From Piedraia hortae CBS 480.64 (lineage: Eukaryota): 64,000 nucleotides of DNA. The stretch is taken from assembly GCA_010093745.1 (NCBI GenBank), contig MU006005.1, positions 5,934-69,933 of the forward strand, given 5' to 3'. The notes below the pieces were generated by a model. It searched no databases. It saw nothing but the letters and a program-made list of their open reading frames with translations, and was not told the DNA's origin. A program made the translations under genes and the position numbers. How positions within the stretch are numbered: position 1 is the first letter of the stretch; every line of letters begins with the position of its first letter. Positions 25,731 through 38,468 of the stretch are shown here, in pieces.

Positions 25731-28514
25731 ATGCACGTCATCAGCCACGGCCATGAAGAAGTCATGAGCGCCGCGGCGTCGCGGCCGGCGAGCAATGGCG
25801 GCGTCGGCCGAGAAAACGGAGCGGGCGGGACAGATCCCGTCTACGATCATATCGATTCCCTCAAGGCGAGGGCGCGGCGCGGCTACGATGCCCAAGCGAC
25901 TATTCCACAGCTGCTGCACACCGCAGAGACGGCCGTCAGCCAGGCGCAGAACCTGAGAAGCTTCGGCCGGCTTGATCAGGCCTTTGTCGAGTTTATCCGT
26001 GCCAGCAACGTCGCCCTCGAGGACATTCCGGCCCACCCCGACTGGGCCCAGCTCAGCTTCGACTTTCCGCAACTGCAGCAGCGCCATCGCGTGCTGATGA
26101 ATCGTATTAATGGGCAAATCGATCATTACGGCCGGGTTAAACAGCTCATTGTGGAGGATAATAAGCGCAGCGGCGTGGCCAGCAGCCAGCAGAATGGCCA
26201 GCAGAACGGTCAGCAGAACGGCCAACGGGATGGAAACGTGCGGCCTAGAAGCCGGCCGGCGCCCAGCCCGAAGCCGGAGAAGCTTCACGGCAGAGCGTTG
26301 AGCGATGTGGACACGCTGAATACGCGCTTTGCATCGTTGCGGAAGCCGTCAGAGCCAGATTCACCCATCCATGGCCTCCCGCGGGAGCCACCAGCGGCGT
26401 ACAATCCGGCGAGGAACATGCAGACCATGGACAGCGTTGCTCCGCCACGTCACACAGCGCGGAGCCTTGCCAGCTCGAAGCGGAACCGCACCGAGGCCTT
26501 TCCATCATTTGCGCCGGAGCCTACCCTACCGGATGAGACAACAATCAGCGTCGAACGCCTCTTCGACTCGCTGCCTCGCTACACAGTGCTGCTGATCGAC
26601 TTTCGACCGCGAGCCGAGTTTGATCACGGCCACATTTTCCACCGGTTCTGCATGTGCATTGAGCCGCTGCAGCTGAGGGACGGCATGAGCGCGGAGCAGA
26701 TGGCGGAGAGCCTCGTGTTGAGTACTGATATAGAACAGGACATGTTTGCACAGAGAGCCAAATACGACATGGTGGTGTATTATGACAATAGCTCCCGCAT
26801 GCCATATCCCTTTTCTGCCACCGATGAAGGCCGCCGTCTCCGCTGGTTGCACGAGGCCTTGAATGACTACAATCACGAGATGCCGCTAAAGCGAAGCCCC
26901 ATGCTACTGCTTGGCGGCCTGGATGCCTGGGCCGAGATGGTGGGACCTCAGGCGTTGCAGGGCAGTGACACGCTGGAACGGGTGCAGCAGGGCCGGAGGT
27001 TGATCAAACGGGAGTCTGACAGGAACAGCGTGCGGATACAGAGGCGAAGGGGACGGGATTATAACCCACTAAATAAACAAGAAGCTGCATCTTGGCAAGA
27101 AAGGGCGAGGGCTGAGAGCCTCGTTCTCCCTCCCACTCCGGGGCTTATCGAAGCAGCAGAAAAGGATTACGAAGCCACGATTCAAGAGTTCAATGAGAGA
27201 TTTCCAGAGCCCGGTCAGGTGGTCGAGAGGGAGCCTGTTGTGGCCACCAATGTGCCTGAATATCCCTCTCTTATGCAGTCCCCGGAGAGTCCTCCTCCGG
27301 TGCCTCGAAGACCGGCTCCAGCAGCACCTCGGATGAGCTATACCGGAGTATCAGACCGGGCAGTGACGGGAACAACACCTCTAACCCGCACATCTTCAGC
27401 TACATACATACCACCCAGATATGTCCCATCCAATATTCGTCTTCCGCGGACAGGCCTGGTCAACTTCGGCAATACATGCTACATGAACGCAACACTGCAG
27501 GCACTGTCCGCCACCGTCCCGCTGAGCGTCTACTTCCTCGACGACTCCTTCCGAGCTCAGATCCAGCGAGATAACTGGCGCGGCTCCAAAGGCGTCATGG
27601 CGGAGCTGTACTCCAATCTCATCCGGAGTCTCTGGAAAGGCGACGTGGACGTAATCCGGCCAACCACTTTCAGGAGCTTCGTCCGTCGAATCTGCGAAGC
27701 ATTCAACAACGACGAGCAGCAAGACGCCAAAGAATTCTTCGACCTTCTGCTTGACCAACTTCACGAAGACGTAAACAGCAAATGGCGCCGCACCCCTCTC
27801 CGCGCACTCACCGAAGCGGAAGAAGCGCGTCGAGAACGAATGGCAAAGCCTCTCGTCTGCAAGACCGAATGGAATCGCTTCACGCACCGCTCACAATCAT
27901 ACATCCAATCCGTCTTCGCGGGCCAACATTCCTCCAAACTAGTCTGTCTCTCCTGCAACTTCACTTCCACAACCTACGAGGCATTTACCTCCATTTCGGT
28001 CGAAATCCCCACCCAAAACGACCATACAACCCTCCACGAATGTCTAACCTCCTACTGCAAGGAAGAAGTCCTAATAACGGACAACGGATGGCTCTGTCCC
28101 CGCTGCAAAACCACACGGGAGGCTCTCAAAAGAATCACAATCACCCGCGCCCCGCAGGTGCTTGTCATCCACCTAAAGCGCTTCAATGCAAGTGGCCACA
28201 AGGTCCGGATACCTGTAACCTTCCCCCTCGACCTCTCCTTAGACCCATTCATGCCCCCCTCCGATGAGAAAGAGGAGGACGATTCCATGCGCAGCCCGTT
28301 CAGATATGCCCTCTACGCGGTGGTATATCACCATGGGAGTAGCGAGAAGAGCGGTCACTACACCACCACTGCATTTGATCCTGGCAGGGGAAGATGGTGG
28401 GTTTATAACGATCGGTTTGTGGAGCTGGGGAGGTCGCCCAAGTGGGAGGGGGCGTATATTCTTTTTTATAGGAGGGTGGGCGCTTCGATGGTGGATAAAA
28501 TGGGGTTAGGATAG
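25731..28514 (+). CDS. DOA4: Ubiquitin-specific protease Doa4/Ubp4
   Basis: N-terminal helical region, rhodanese-like domain (LLIDFRPRAEFDHGHI), Cys box GLVNFGNTCYMN, QQDAKEF and His box SGHYT. The start may be the ATG at 25764. Confidence 0.9.
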   Translation: MHVISHGHEEVMSAAASRPASNGGVGRENGAGGTDPVYDHIDSLKARARRGYDAQATIPQLLHTAETAVSQAQNLRSFGRLDQAFVEFIRASNVALEDIPAHPDWAQLSFDFPQLQQRHRVLMNRINGQIDHYGRVKQLIVEDNKRSGVASSQQNGQQNGQQNGQRDGNVRPRSRPAPSPKPEKLHGRALSDVDTLNTRFASLRKPSEPDSPIHGLPREPPAAYNPARNMQTMDSVAPPRHTARSLASSKRNRTEAFPSFAPEPTLPDETTISVERLFDSLPRYTVLLIDFRPRAEFDHGHIFHRFCMCIEPLQLRDGMSAEQMAESLVLSTDIEQDMFAQRAKYDMVVYYDNSSRMPYPFSATDEGRRLRWLHEALNDYNHEMPLKRSPMLLLGGLDAWAEMVGPQALQGSDTLERVQQGRRLIKRESDRNSVRIQRRRGRDYNPLNKQEAASWQERARAESLVLPPTPGLIEAAEKDYEATIQEFNERFPEPGQVVEREPVVATNVPEYPSLMQSPESPPPVPRRPAPAAPRMSYTGVSDRAVTGTTPLTRTSSATYIPPRYVPSNIRLPRTGLVNFGNTCYMNATLQALSATVPLSVYFLDDSFRAQIQRDNWRGSKGVMAELYSNLIRSLWKGDVDVIRPTTFRSFVRRICEAFNNDEQQDAKEFFDLLLDQLHEDVNSKWRRTPLRALTEAEEARRERMAKPLVCKTEWNRFTHRSQSYIQSVFAGQHSSKLVCLSCNFTSTTYEAFTSISVEIPTQNDHTTLHECLTSYCKEEVLITDNGWLCPRCKTTREALKRITITRAPQVLVIHLKRFNASGHKVRIPVTFPLDLSLDPFMPPSDEKEEDDSMRSPFRYALYAVVYHHGSSEKSGHYTTTAFDPGRGRWWVYNDRFVELGRSPKWEGAYILFYRRVGASMVDKMGLG

Positions 28515-28585
28515 AGGAAAGATGCCTTTGTCAGGTTGGGAGGTATATACATGAAGTGGAGTCTCGAAACCATGGACCTCTGTGT

Positions 28586-30143
28586 CTACTTGGAAATCAC
28601 AACCCTGGCACCTTCTTTCCCCAAAACGCCCCGTTCCAACGTCTTTGTCTTTTGCCCTCGTTTCCCTCTATGCAAGAACCCTAAAACGCCCATTGATTTC
28701 TCCTTCTTCGCCTCTACCCGACCCTTGGGCTGCTCTACCTCGGATCGGGTCTGGGATACTGCTGGAGTCCGCGTAGCTGCCGATGAGGAAAGACTAGGTG
28801 GGAGGGTTGGCAGGGGTGGGATCTCCGAATCGAGTCCCACTTCAGTTAGCGGCAGCGGAGGCGACCCGTCTGCTGAAGACCTTGTCCTCGTCCTGCTGGC
28901 TGGAGAGCCCGTTGTGGAAGGACATGTGCGTGCCGAGGAGGCATTCGATGTTTTGTGCTTTCTTGCCTTGACGTTATACACTGCCGGCACGGAAGATGAC
29001 CTGGTTCCCCGTGCTGCAGTGTAGTCAAACGGCTCAAACATGGTCTCAATCATACGGTGTAGCTCGTCAGCGCGAATTTCCTGTCGGGATGCTCCGCAAC
29101 GAAGCTCCGGCCGCTGCTTTGGCTTCTTAGATCGAGCCTCCAGCGGCGCATCCTCTAACAGCAGCTCTTCCAGGTCGTATGTTGCGTCGAAGTTGGCTTT
29201 GCTGCTGGAAGGGCAGAAGACGGGCTCGATTTCTTTGCGCTCGAGTGCGTCGAAATCGATTGGCCGGAAGAATGGATTGTTTGTAAAAGTCTCAAACCCG
29301 GCAGCTCCGATGCGCACTTCCCGGTCCTTCTCCAGCAGCGAGCGTATGGCATGTAGACATGGCTCACTGACTGGCGGAGAAGTTGTGGGATACGATGGAT
29401 TGGCCCTTGCAATGACCTCGGCCAGCGCATTCTGTGAGTCACCCTCAAATGGTCGCCGGTTGTAGATGCACTCGTAGAAGAGGACGCCGAGCGACCACCA
29501 ATCAACCTCGCATCCGTAGCCACGCCGTGCATATACCTCCGGTGCCAAGTAAGCCAACGTGCCCGACCGGCTTGTCAACAGCTTGCCCGGCGTGTATTCA
29601 GCTGCAACATTGAAGTCGGCCAAGTGCACGTGGCCCTCTGCATCGACCAACGCATTGTCGGGCTTCACGTCGCGGTGTACGACTCCTTGCGAATGAATGT
29701 AGCGCAAGGCGCATGCGAGTTCTGCGACCCAGAAGCGTACCGCCTCTTCGGTAAACGTCTTGCGTGAGATGTGGAAGCGGAGGTCGCCGCCGTTCATTAA
29801 ATCAACAACGATATAGCTGCAACAAAAGTCAGCCGCAGGCCGGCAGCACGCAGCAAGCCACTGACAGGTAATCGGCATCCTGGAAACTGTACCTCAGGTT
29901 ACACAAAAACGGATGATCCAACTGCTGCAGCATGCGCCGCTCCCGTATCATGTTGCGCACGTTGTCGCGCCGCACGACCTCATCTTTGCGAATGTACTTG
30001 AGGGCAAACGTCAAGCCGCTGTCCTTGCGCTCGACGATGCGCACCTTGCCGAACGCGCCCTTGCCGACGACGCGCAGCAGGCGGAAGTGCCCGAGGCTGA
30101 CCTCATCGGTGACGACGACGGGCTTCCCGCTCGAGTTTCCCAT
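28586..30143 (-). CDS. AGC-family Ser/Thr kinase, YANK/STK32-like
   Basis: Start MGNSSGK, VVGKGAFGKV, HRDVKPDN, ADFNVA and SGTLAYLAPE, plus NFDATYDLEELLLE tail. Intron 29865-29817. Confidence 0.92.
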
Positions 30144-30495
30144 TACTTGGGCGTCTACGGCATTGGCTTTGCCGACGACAGCCGGGAGCTGTCGCGGCTG
30201 GCACAAAAAGCGCTCTCTAAGGACTGTGTGACGTTTTGTCAGGAGTGTGCGGGAGTCTCGGGAGGTGCCGACGTGCGTCATGGCGCACCCATGTGGATCT
30301 GCGTCATTGGCACTAAGCCCTGCTGTCACTGCCCAGTCTGGAAGCACTCAATCACAGTCTGCCCATCGTTGTCAGTTGCAATATTTGCCCCCTGTCAATC
30401 TCTATCTGTCTGAACTCTCATTCCGGATCTGCAGCCTCAACGTCATTCAACCGTCACACCAAAATATTACTATGCTCACGACGCTACAACAAAAG

Positions 30496-31384
30496 CTACT
30501 CTTCTGCCCCCTCCACCTCGTCTTCTTCCTCTTCTTCCTCGCCCAGACTGCCAACGCTGCTCAGTGTGTCTTCATCCCTCGTCTCAACTGTGTCGTCCAC
30601 CGGGTCCTTGCTAGCGTATCGTGCAACGTATTCTGCCACCATCAGCTCCCGTATACCACCCTCCTCCACAAGTCCCACCTTTCACCTTTGTTTCATATGC
30701 TGCAGAATCTCGCAACATGAGAGCTGCAGCTTCGCCATTCAGCGGATCGCTGGCGTTGGGATATCGCAGCAGATGTGGCAGGAAGCTGTCAAAGATGTTC
30801 ATCATATTGTACATCGGTGACCAGGTCTGGTTGATGACGTCGAGACACACGCTTCCGGACCTGCATCTGTCAGTACGCCCAACGAAGCGTTTCCCGTCAG
30901 ACACACAGCTCGTCAATGTTGGGATGGAAAATGCGGTTAACAAATCCGATGCTTGGACTCTTGTATGGATATTGGTCCGGTAGCTCCACGTGAATCTTCC
31001 AACGGCCGCCAGAAAAGGGCGCTGTCCTGTTAGTATCTAAACGCCGGGTAGGTGAGAGGCACATTACTGTCGGGAGGTCCGGGAAACTTGACGTGAAACT
31101 CTTGCCTAAACTTGTCAGCAAGATATTCCAGAGGCCTTGGAGGGATATACACTGTTCGCTCTTGTCAGTGATGGATCCTAAGGACATCAGAGACCATACT
31201 GTTATCGTTGACCAGTTCGACTTCGTAGTCGCTCATGAGCCTGTAGGAGGAGTTGATGTGAGCTCTGTGCAATGGTGCATGTGCCATACATCTTCATGAC
31301 CTGTAAGTGTAAGTATCAAGAGGCGAATGGAAACCGCCCGAGCCAGCTTACGTCTGTCTCGATGCGATGCCTCGAGCTGCCCAT
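30496..31384 (-). CDS. UBC8: Ubiquitin-conjugating enzyme E2 H/Ubc8
   Basis: Exons reconstruct [28 protein letters not shown]...[33 protein letters not shown] with an acidic tail. Several GT-AG introns. Confidence 0.93.
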
Positions 31385-31927
31385 GCTGCATCAATCGAAC
31401 CAGTCAAGAAACAGTGGTGGATATGTATTATTTCTCTCGGCTTTCTGCAATTGGGAACCAGTGAACGAAGTGAGATCAAGGTAAGCTGGGGATGAAGTTG
31501 AACTTACCAGCTCAAGGCGGGGCGAGTCACGCTTGCACTAGATACATATTGATAATCACATGACTAACGCCCGATGGTCATGGATGGAAAGCGGGGCAGC
31601 TGTCACGGCATGATTCCTTGCTTGTGGGATGGCCCGTTTCGTCATCCTGATGGGGGACCGATCCGAGCCCTAACTCATCTCTGTTCATCGAAGTCGGAGT
31701 CCGTCACCGTCTTGTCGACTAACTCGACAGACGTTGGTGTAGCTGTAAAGAGTCGAGATAGCGAAAGTGGAAAAGCGTTCATAAATGTGAAAGGCTTGGC
31801 ACAGCCAGACTTCAGCTGAATCACTTTCCATCTGTAGGATATAGAATAGGCATGGTCTCGAGGACGCATCACAGTCACCACCCAAAACGAGAATAAAATA
31901 CAGCGAGCAGGGTAGGACGGCATCAGC

Positions 31928-33703
31928 ATGGAACATTTCACCTCGCCACAAGCGCCTCCGTCGGACGTAGTGTTTTACCGGCAGCATCCCGAAGAACCGC
32001 GGCCGGATTTCAACATGATACAGACTTACCCCTCGGGACCTCACCTACCAATTCAATTTCAAACTCCCGAAGCCGTGAGCGGTCCGAGTGCAAGTACGCG
32101 CACACGGGAACGGTCGAAAGTCAGCCGCGCGTGTGATGAATGTCGACGAAAGAAGATCCGATGCGATGCTGTCGATGAGACTGGTACGATTGCATGCTCA
32201 AACTGCTCACGCGTTGGATGCAGATGCGCTTTTAGCCGTCAGCCGCTTAAGCGAGGGCCCAGCAAGGGCTACATTAAAGATCTGGCCAGTCGTCTAGACT
32301 CGCTGGAACGGAGCGCGGGACATGTAGAGCCGAGGACGGGGGAAAAGAGGACGAGGGACGGGGAATCTGCGATAGAAACAGGCGATGGCATCCCCCGGCT
32401 GCCGTTCTGGCAAAGAGGCGGTCGGCCACAGCTACCTATTGATGAGGGAACGGAGGTACCCGACATTTTAGACTGGGACGACGAGGTGGTGGATGAATAT
32501 TACCGCCTCATCCACCAGACTTTTCCTTTGCTGCCATCATCCAAGAATAATCTTCGTCGAAGACTAGCAGACTGCCCACTATCCCTACGGGAGGCTTTTC
32601 TCGCTGCTCTCGACTGTCTCATAAGAACATTTCCGACATCGAAACTAGCACCAGGGCCAGGATACGCGCAGACATTGAAACGAGCGGCTGAGAGATTGGC
32701 ACAGTACCCATTTGACCGCTCATCTCTTCATGCATGGCCCACAGAGCTAGTGTATCTACAGACACTGTTACTAATGGCCCTGGAATCCGACAACCACGGC
32801 CCAGCCTCTATCCGCGGGCAAGCCGGCCCTAGTCGAGCCGAATGGCTAGGCAGGGCAGCGGGCGTGGCGGGCCAACTAGAGATCAATGTACTACGGAATC
32901 CCGCAGCGAGCACCTCCCTCCTGGACGGCGACCGTGACAGCCAAGAACGGCTTGCCCGACGAGTGTGGTGGGTTCTCTTTATCCTCGACCGCTGGCACGC
33001 CAGCTCAACCGCCGATTTACTCAAGCTCCCCGAACACTCTGTGGTCCTCCTCCCCGAGGACCAAATTCTCCTAGGCGAATCAACCTACAACCTCGCCCGT
33101 CTCTCCTTCATCGTAGGCCACCTAGCCGCCATCCTGTCCACAACAAAAACCCCCTCCACAGACGTGATGTCACCCACCAACCCCGCCAGCGCGCTTTTAA
33201 ACATGACCCTCGCAGGCGAAATCGACCGATTCCGCGAAAGCGTTGAGTCCGTCTGGGGGAGTTTAAACCTCGTACACTTGTCTTTCCATCACTGCCACCT
33301 CCTCGTCAAAAGACTCAATCCAACAACCGAACCCGTCGAACTAGTCGGCCATGCCGTCAAGGTCGCGACCGTTCTCAACTCCCGCCTTACACCCGTTACA
33401 CCGCTAAACCACCACTTCGGCGCCCTCGCTGCGATGACGCTCTGCGACCTCTCCCGCATTCCCCGCACGAGGAAGGAGGCACGCTCTGGTCTCCTTCAGC
33501 TGAAAGAGTGTTTGGGTAAGGGGAGGGGTTTGGCGGGCACGGAAGATAGTATCGGGTGGGATGGGGCGGTGAGGAAACTTGTTGGAGAGCAGCTTGAGAA
33601 GCTGAATGGAGGGCTTGTGGAGGATGTGGAGACGCTGGATCCTACGAGGGTCACGAGATATGGGTATTTGACTGCTTTGGGGCAGGGTTTCTTTGATCTT
33701 TGA
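31928..33703 (+). CDS. RGT1: Zn(II)2Cys6 transcription factor, Rgt1-like
   Basis: SKVSRACDECRRKKIRCD...CSNC...C.FSRQPLKRGPSKGYI matches the Rgt1-type cluster; followed by a fungal TF middle region. Confidence 0.75.
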   Translation: MEHFTSPQAPPSDVVFYRQHPEEPRPDFNMIQTYPSGPHLPIQFQTPEAVSGPSASTRTRERSKVSRACDECRRKKIRCDAVDETGTIACSNCSRVGCRCAFSRQPLKRGPSKGYIKDLASRLDSLERSAGHVEPRTGEKRTRDGESAIETGDGIPRLPFWQRGGRPQLPIDEGTEVPDILDWDDEVVDEYYRLIHQTFPLLPSSKNNLRRRLADCPLSLREAFLAALDCLIRTFPTSKLAPGPGYAQTLKRAAERLAQYPFDRSSLHAWPTELVYLQTLLLMALESDNHGPASIRGQAGPSRAEWLGRAAGVAGQLEINVLRNPAASTSLLDGDRDSQERLARRVWWVLFILDRWHASSTADLLKLPEHSVVLLPEDQILLGESTYNLARLSFIVGHLAAILSTTKTPSTDVMSPTNPASALLNMTLAGEIDRFRESVESVWGSLNLVHLSFHHCHLLVKRLNPTTEPVELVGHAVKVATVLNSRLTPVTPLNHHFGALAAMTLCDLSRIPRTRKEARSGLLQLKECLGKGRGLAGTEDSIGWDGAVRKLVGEQLEKLNGGLVEDVETLDPTRVTRYGYLTALGQGFFDL

Positions 33704-33968
33704 AGTGATGTGGATAGATGTGGATGGGGATTATGTTTTTTGTAACAGTGTGTTTTGCGTGCCTTCCTAACAGGGGTTAGCTTGGGCGGAGTTTTGTCCT
33801 GGATGGAGTTGTGTTGACTCTCATGTCTGTTTGAATATCCTGACGTGATTAGAAAGGTTCATGCTGTAATCGTCTACCTCAGCCTAACCCACACCCTGGT
33901 AACACAGCACCAGCATACGGTATCCTACACCCACCATTAATCCCAACACAAACATTACAAACATGACC

Positions 33969-36643
33969 CTACTTAACCCCACAAAGCACGTCATTTAGCG
34001 CCGGGAACCTTTTCGTGTGAGCCAAAATAAAGAACAGTCTTTCCTTGACATCTGTCCCGATGGACACGGGGGCGTGTCGGGCGAGGTTTCCGAGTACTAG
34101 GGCCGCACCGCGAGGAACACCTGCCACATCTCCCTGCTCGTCGACAAAGAGATCAAACACCCTCCACTTGAAAGACTGGATGCCGCCTTGTCGTTGAGAT
34201 TTCTTCTCGCTTTTGGGTGACAAGTGGGTTGCAATGTGGCGGATGAAGAAACGCAGACGCACGGCGGCGTTGGGGGACACGTTGTCGTAGAACGACAGTG
34301 TGCGGATGCACTTTCCGCCCCATTTGCAGGTCAAGTCTTCGGGTTCTTTAGTTCCGGCAATGTCGAATGTTTCCTCTAGCGTTGATGGCTTCTTTTGTTC
34401 TTCGGCTGTTACTCCGGCCTCTGCATCTGCCATTTCGACGTCCTTGTTTTCAGCGGGTGAGTTCGACTTTAGACGAATGTTGAGATGATCCCGCAAGATG
34501 TGTGGGAGGATTTCCTTGGCAATATGCCACACTCCACAGTCATTCCACTTGCACTGTTCCATGGCCTCCTGCTTAGGACCCAAAGGAGTGCTTCGAGGGC
34601 GAACGCCACGCATCACATACCTGTTGCCTGCCGAAACCTGTGCCGCAGCTCCAGGGAAGACGACCGACACATTCTTAATGAATTCCCCTGCAACCAGATG
34701 TGGGTGAGTCGTGTTCCAGGGAAGAAAGGTGGTTTGATATGCCTTCCAGAGCTCAATCTGTGTCATTTCGCCCGTCTTATCGGGCGTGAAGCACATTTGC
34801 AGCCATCGGGAAGACCGCTCGGGCTCTGGAATGGCAAGAATGGAATGAATAACTTGCGGAGACAGAACGGGCACTGTGGAGAGCGGCTTCGTCGGTGCTG
34901 GAATCGCAACGGGGTGTATCGTCTCCCTGGACTCGAAAAGGAGGAAACGTGCAAGTTGGCGGATCAGCGGTGCAGAACAGACGCTCTGCAGCAGAAAGGC
35001 GACGTTTTCGGCGTGATTAGTGTATTGGAAAAGGAAGTCGAGGGCTGCGCTGCGAAGTTCCTCATCCTGAACGAGGAGAAACTGAGGGATCTTGCGGATA
35101 ATGGAGACGGGAACATTTGCAAGACGCTTGGCCCCTGGGAGGTGCATTGCGATGCGGCTGATGGTCCGAAGGGAAATGACAATGGCTCCCCTATCGCTTC
35201 CCAACACGCGAACGAGGAGGCTGCCGTAGAGCTCATCGTCTGCCGCCAGATCGCACCACGGGAGTACCTGTTCGGCAATCTCCAACGCGTAATGCTGCAG
35301 CTCCACGATGTCAGCGTGGTCAGGCAGGTTAAGAGCAACAGCAAGAAAGTCCCTCAGCGGCGGCTGACGCGCCATATACTGCGAGTTGAGCGCCTCCATG
35401 CACATGTTCCTCAATACAAGCGCCGCTTCGATGATGCGGCCCAGCTGCGCCTGTTGTTCCTCGTCCAGCATTCCGTCTTCGGGCAGCCGCAGAGCGCGAG
35501 AATGCAGACGTCGCACAATACCGGGTGTTCCATAGAGCCCATTAAGTACGTCATCGCCTTCTTCATTCTCGTAGCCAATCTCCCAGTCGACGTCGTAAAA
35601 CAAACTACTGACCTGCAGCGCCTTCTTTACCAGCGCCTCGGCCAGGCCAGGAAACTGTTCGAAGCGGTACCTGTCCCCGCGCTCGTGGCTGATTTTGACT
35701 AGATGATGCAGCGCGTACTCTTCTTCATTGGGTAGCCCACTTTGGAGCGCTAGCTGAGCGCGAACGTAGATGTTTGGGCCGAGAAAGCCTGTGCCGGGGA
35801 GCATAATATTCCGTCGCTTATTCGCCAAGGGCCCGGCCGCCGCCTCGGCCTTGCGCTTGCGCTTATTTATGTAATATTCGGCATTGTTGGCCGGCGTTAC
35901 AACGGGTCGCAGAGACAGCGGATAGGGAATGGATGGCTCCGAACTGGCTACCGCCGATGCGCCGTTTATGACTGCCGTTTGCCCGGCCGCAACTTGTACG
36001 GCATTGCGTGACGATTTGTTCGCCGTCTCAGGCTGATTTGCAGTGCGCTGCGCTGGTGCGGGTCGCAAGCCGCGCGTAGACCGCGCCGCGCTGCCGGGCT
36101 CCTCGCCGTCAGCTTCCGGCTTGGGCGTCCGCATCTCTGGTCCCTCAGCCTCATCATCATCCTGCCGGTCCCGCTGAGGCGCGCGCACGTAGTTCTCCAG
36201 CGTACGGTTCATGACGTTGCCGCCTTTGGCCGTTACTTCCTCCAGTATCTCCTTGGGCGGCGGCTCCTTGCCCCAGTACGCCTTGATCTCGTACGCGCAA
36301 AGGTTTTTGTAGTAAACGTTTTTGACCTGGAAGGCCTGGGCTGTCGTGTATTGGTTCTTACCGATGAACTCTTCAGCCAACTTCCTCCACATCAACGGCT
36401 TGGCCTTTGTGTCCGAACACTGATCATAACCGCCCTCCTCTACAACACGCTGGTAAAGTCGGTACAGATCCAGGTGGCGGACCCCCACTTTCGGTGCCGG
36501 ATCAAATAAAGTCCTGGCTTGTTAGTTGTGTTTGCGCCTGACGCGATTGCTCACCCTCGCTGTCTGTGGAATTCCCCCACTTTTGTTATAAATTCCTCGC
36601 GCTCGTCCGACGACTCGATGCTGTCTCCGCGTTTGGGAGCCAT
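33969..36643 (-). CDS. RSC9: RSC chromatin-remodelling subunit Rsc9 (ARID + RFX-type winged helix)
   Basis: ARID (LDLYRLYQRVVEEGGYD...YYKNLCAYEI), GPNIYVRAQLALQSG and QIELWKAYQ..F winged helix. First intron ~36554-36514. Confidence 0.9.
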
Positions 36644-37073
36644 GCCGAACCAAAACACCACCGCGTGTCGATCGTTTTTGTGAGGTTGATAACAGCGGAC
36701 CGGGCCGATGCGAGCCGCACTACCCGTCCAGTCACCAACGTCGCTGCAGGTAGAGTTGACGTCATTTTCGGATTTTGATATCATACCAGCCAGTAGAACT
36801 GACACCTTGATATCATCCACTATCAATTCATTGAGTAGATTATGGTCTGGTCTTCTACATAATAACAGGCGTCAAGCCTGTTGGAGAAAACGTACCTAAA
36901 CTTCCAGCTCTTTCGCTTTAAGCAAAGCTCCGAGACTTCGTAGCCAAAGTCTGTAGCTCGAGTCGCTACAAGACGCTTTGTACCGGAAGGAATTTCGTCG
37001 AGGCGGGGTCCCAGCATCGCAGTCACATGTGAGATTTCAACACCTACATAGTTATGCCACTCTCACGCTCAAA

Positions 37074-38468
37074 ATGACTCCGACCAACTTGTCTAACGCA
37101 ACAGACCTGTGCCTACCTGTGTTGAAATACTCGTATGCTACCGGTGTAAGACCGGACAATACGATTCCTTGGACTCACCTTCAGGCGAGTAGTCTCTTCG
37201 CTGTCGTCCGTGGGGTCGAGACTCGATCTGCCGATGGACGGCTGCATCCTGACGGTCAGCTCAGCCTCACGCTTGTGCAAGGCACAAAGGTTCTGGTGTG
37301 CGCCACATCATTCATCCCAACTGACATGCTGGCTGACAAGGCATAGGAAAGCATCGACGTTGCGCAATACGTCGATGCCGCCCGAGAGGCGCGTCACGGC
37401 GCAGAGAAAGCGGGCGTCGTGCCGTCAACAGAGCAGCTGCCCATCTTCGGTATCACCAAGCATTCGCTGCTAGCCATACGCTACAAGTTGCAGAATGGCC
37501 AAGCACGTCGCATTCAGATGCGCATGCAGAGCTCTGGGGAGTGCGAACAGCTCGTCGCCGTGTTTGTGCGTCGAGGCATGGAGTTTCAGGAACAGCGTCC
37601 ACGTACCGGTCAATCATGCTCCACTAGGATCAGTACCATGTCTGGTCACGACAGGATCTTGCATGAGCATCCTGCGGCCATCTCTCGGCCCTTTATGCGG
37701 CAGCCTATGCATGATGTTGGCAATTTGTGGCAGGGTCCAGAGCTCCACCAAGCAGTAGAGAGCACGAGCTGGGCAGACAATGCAAATCTGCCGGAAGGCG
37801 CACGTCGGCCGGAGAGCATGCGTCGACCGACGGAGAGCATGGCACCACCAAACCGGGTGGCTCACGTGGATGATTCGTCTAGAAGGCCTCTACCGCCGGC
37901 AGAATTTACGCGTCCTTCCGAAACTGTGCGACATACAGACGTCAGAACCGGGTTGCCGGGTACAGAGACACCAGAGTGGTTACGCATGCCTGCGCTCGGC
38001 GCTACAAGGCCCTGGTCATCCAGCGCAACGGACGCAGCTCATGGGCCGCTAACGTCAGACCCAGCTGCACGTCCATCGACGGCGGCCACATCGACATTGC
38101 CCGACGCGGTCGAGACAGTGCCGCCGCGCCGCGAATTGCCGTTCAAACGGCCGGGAAGCAGATATAATGGCAGCGAGCACGAGTCACGACCTGGGTCATC
38201 AGCACTGGCACTACCTCCATTACCAAGACCGCGACTGGTGAAGGAGGGGACGCACGTCCCCGTGCGACCAAACGGGACGGGGACAGAGCCTATGCATGAG
38301 AGGGGCGCGTCTGAGGGCATAACAGTAGAGGAATATGCAGGACAAGCGACAAACGATCGGCAGGCGGCGCTAGAGACTTTTATGCTGGACCAGTTGGAGA
38401 AGCCAGAGTTTGCGACGTTGTGCGAGGATGTGGAACAGTGTTGGCGACGTATCGCGCTAGGCATTTAG
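37074..38468 (+). CDS. REC114: Probable meiotic double-strand-break factor Rec114/Rec7-like
   Basis: N-terminal PH-like region (LPVLKYSY...PWTHL; RRIQMRM), disordered middle and short C-terminal helical motif (LEKPEFATLCEDVEQCW). Intron 37296-37346. Confidence 0.65.

Noticed and set aside
34485..35702. Long antisense ORFs (also 5438-6466, 14172-15005 and others)
   Set aside because: Shadows of real genes on the opposite strand in GC-rich coding DNA, with no motifs.
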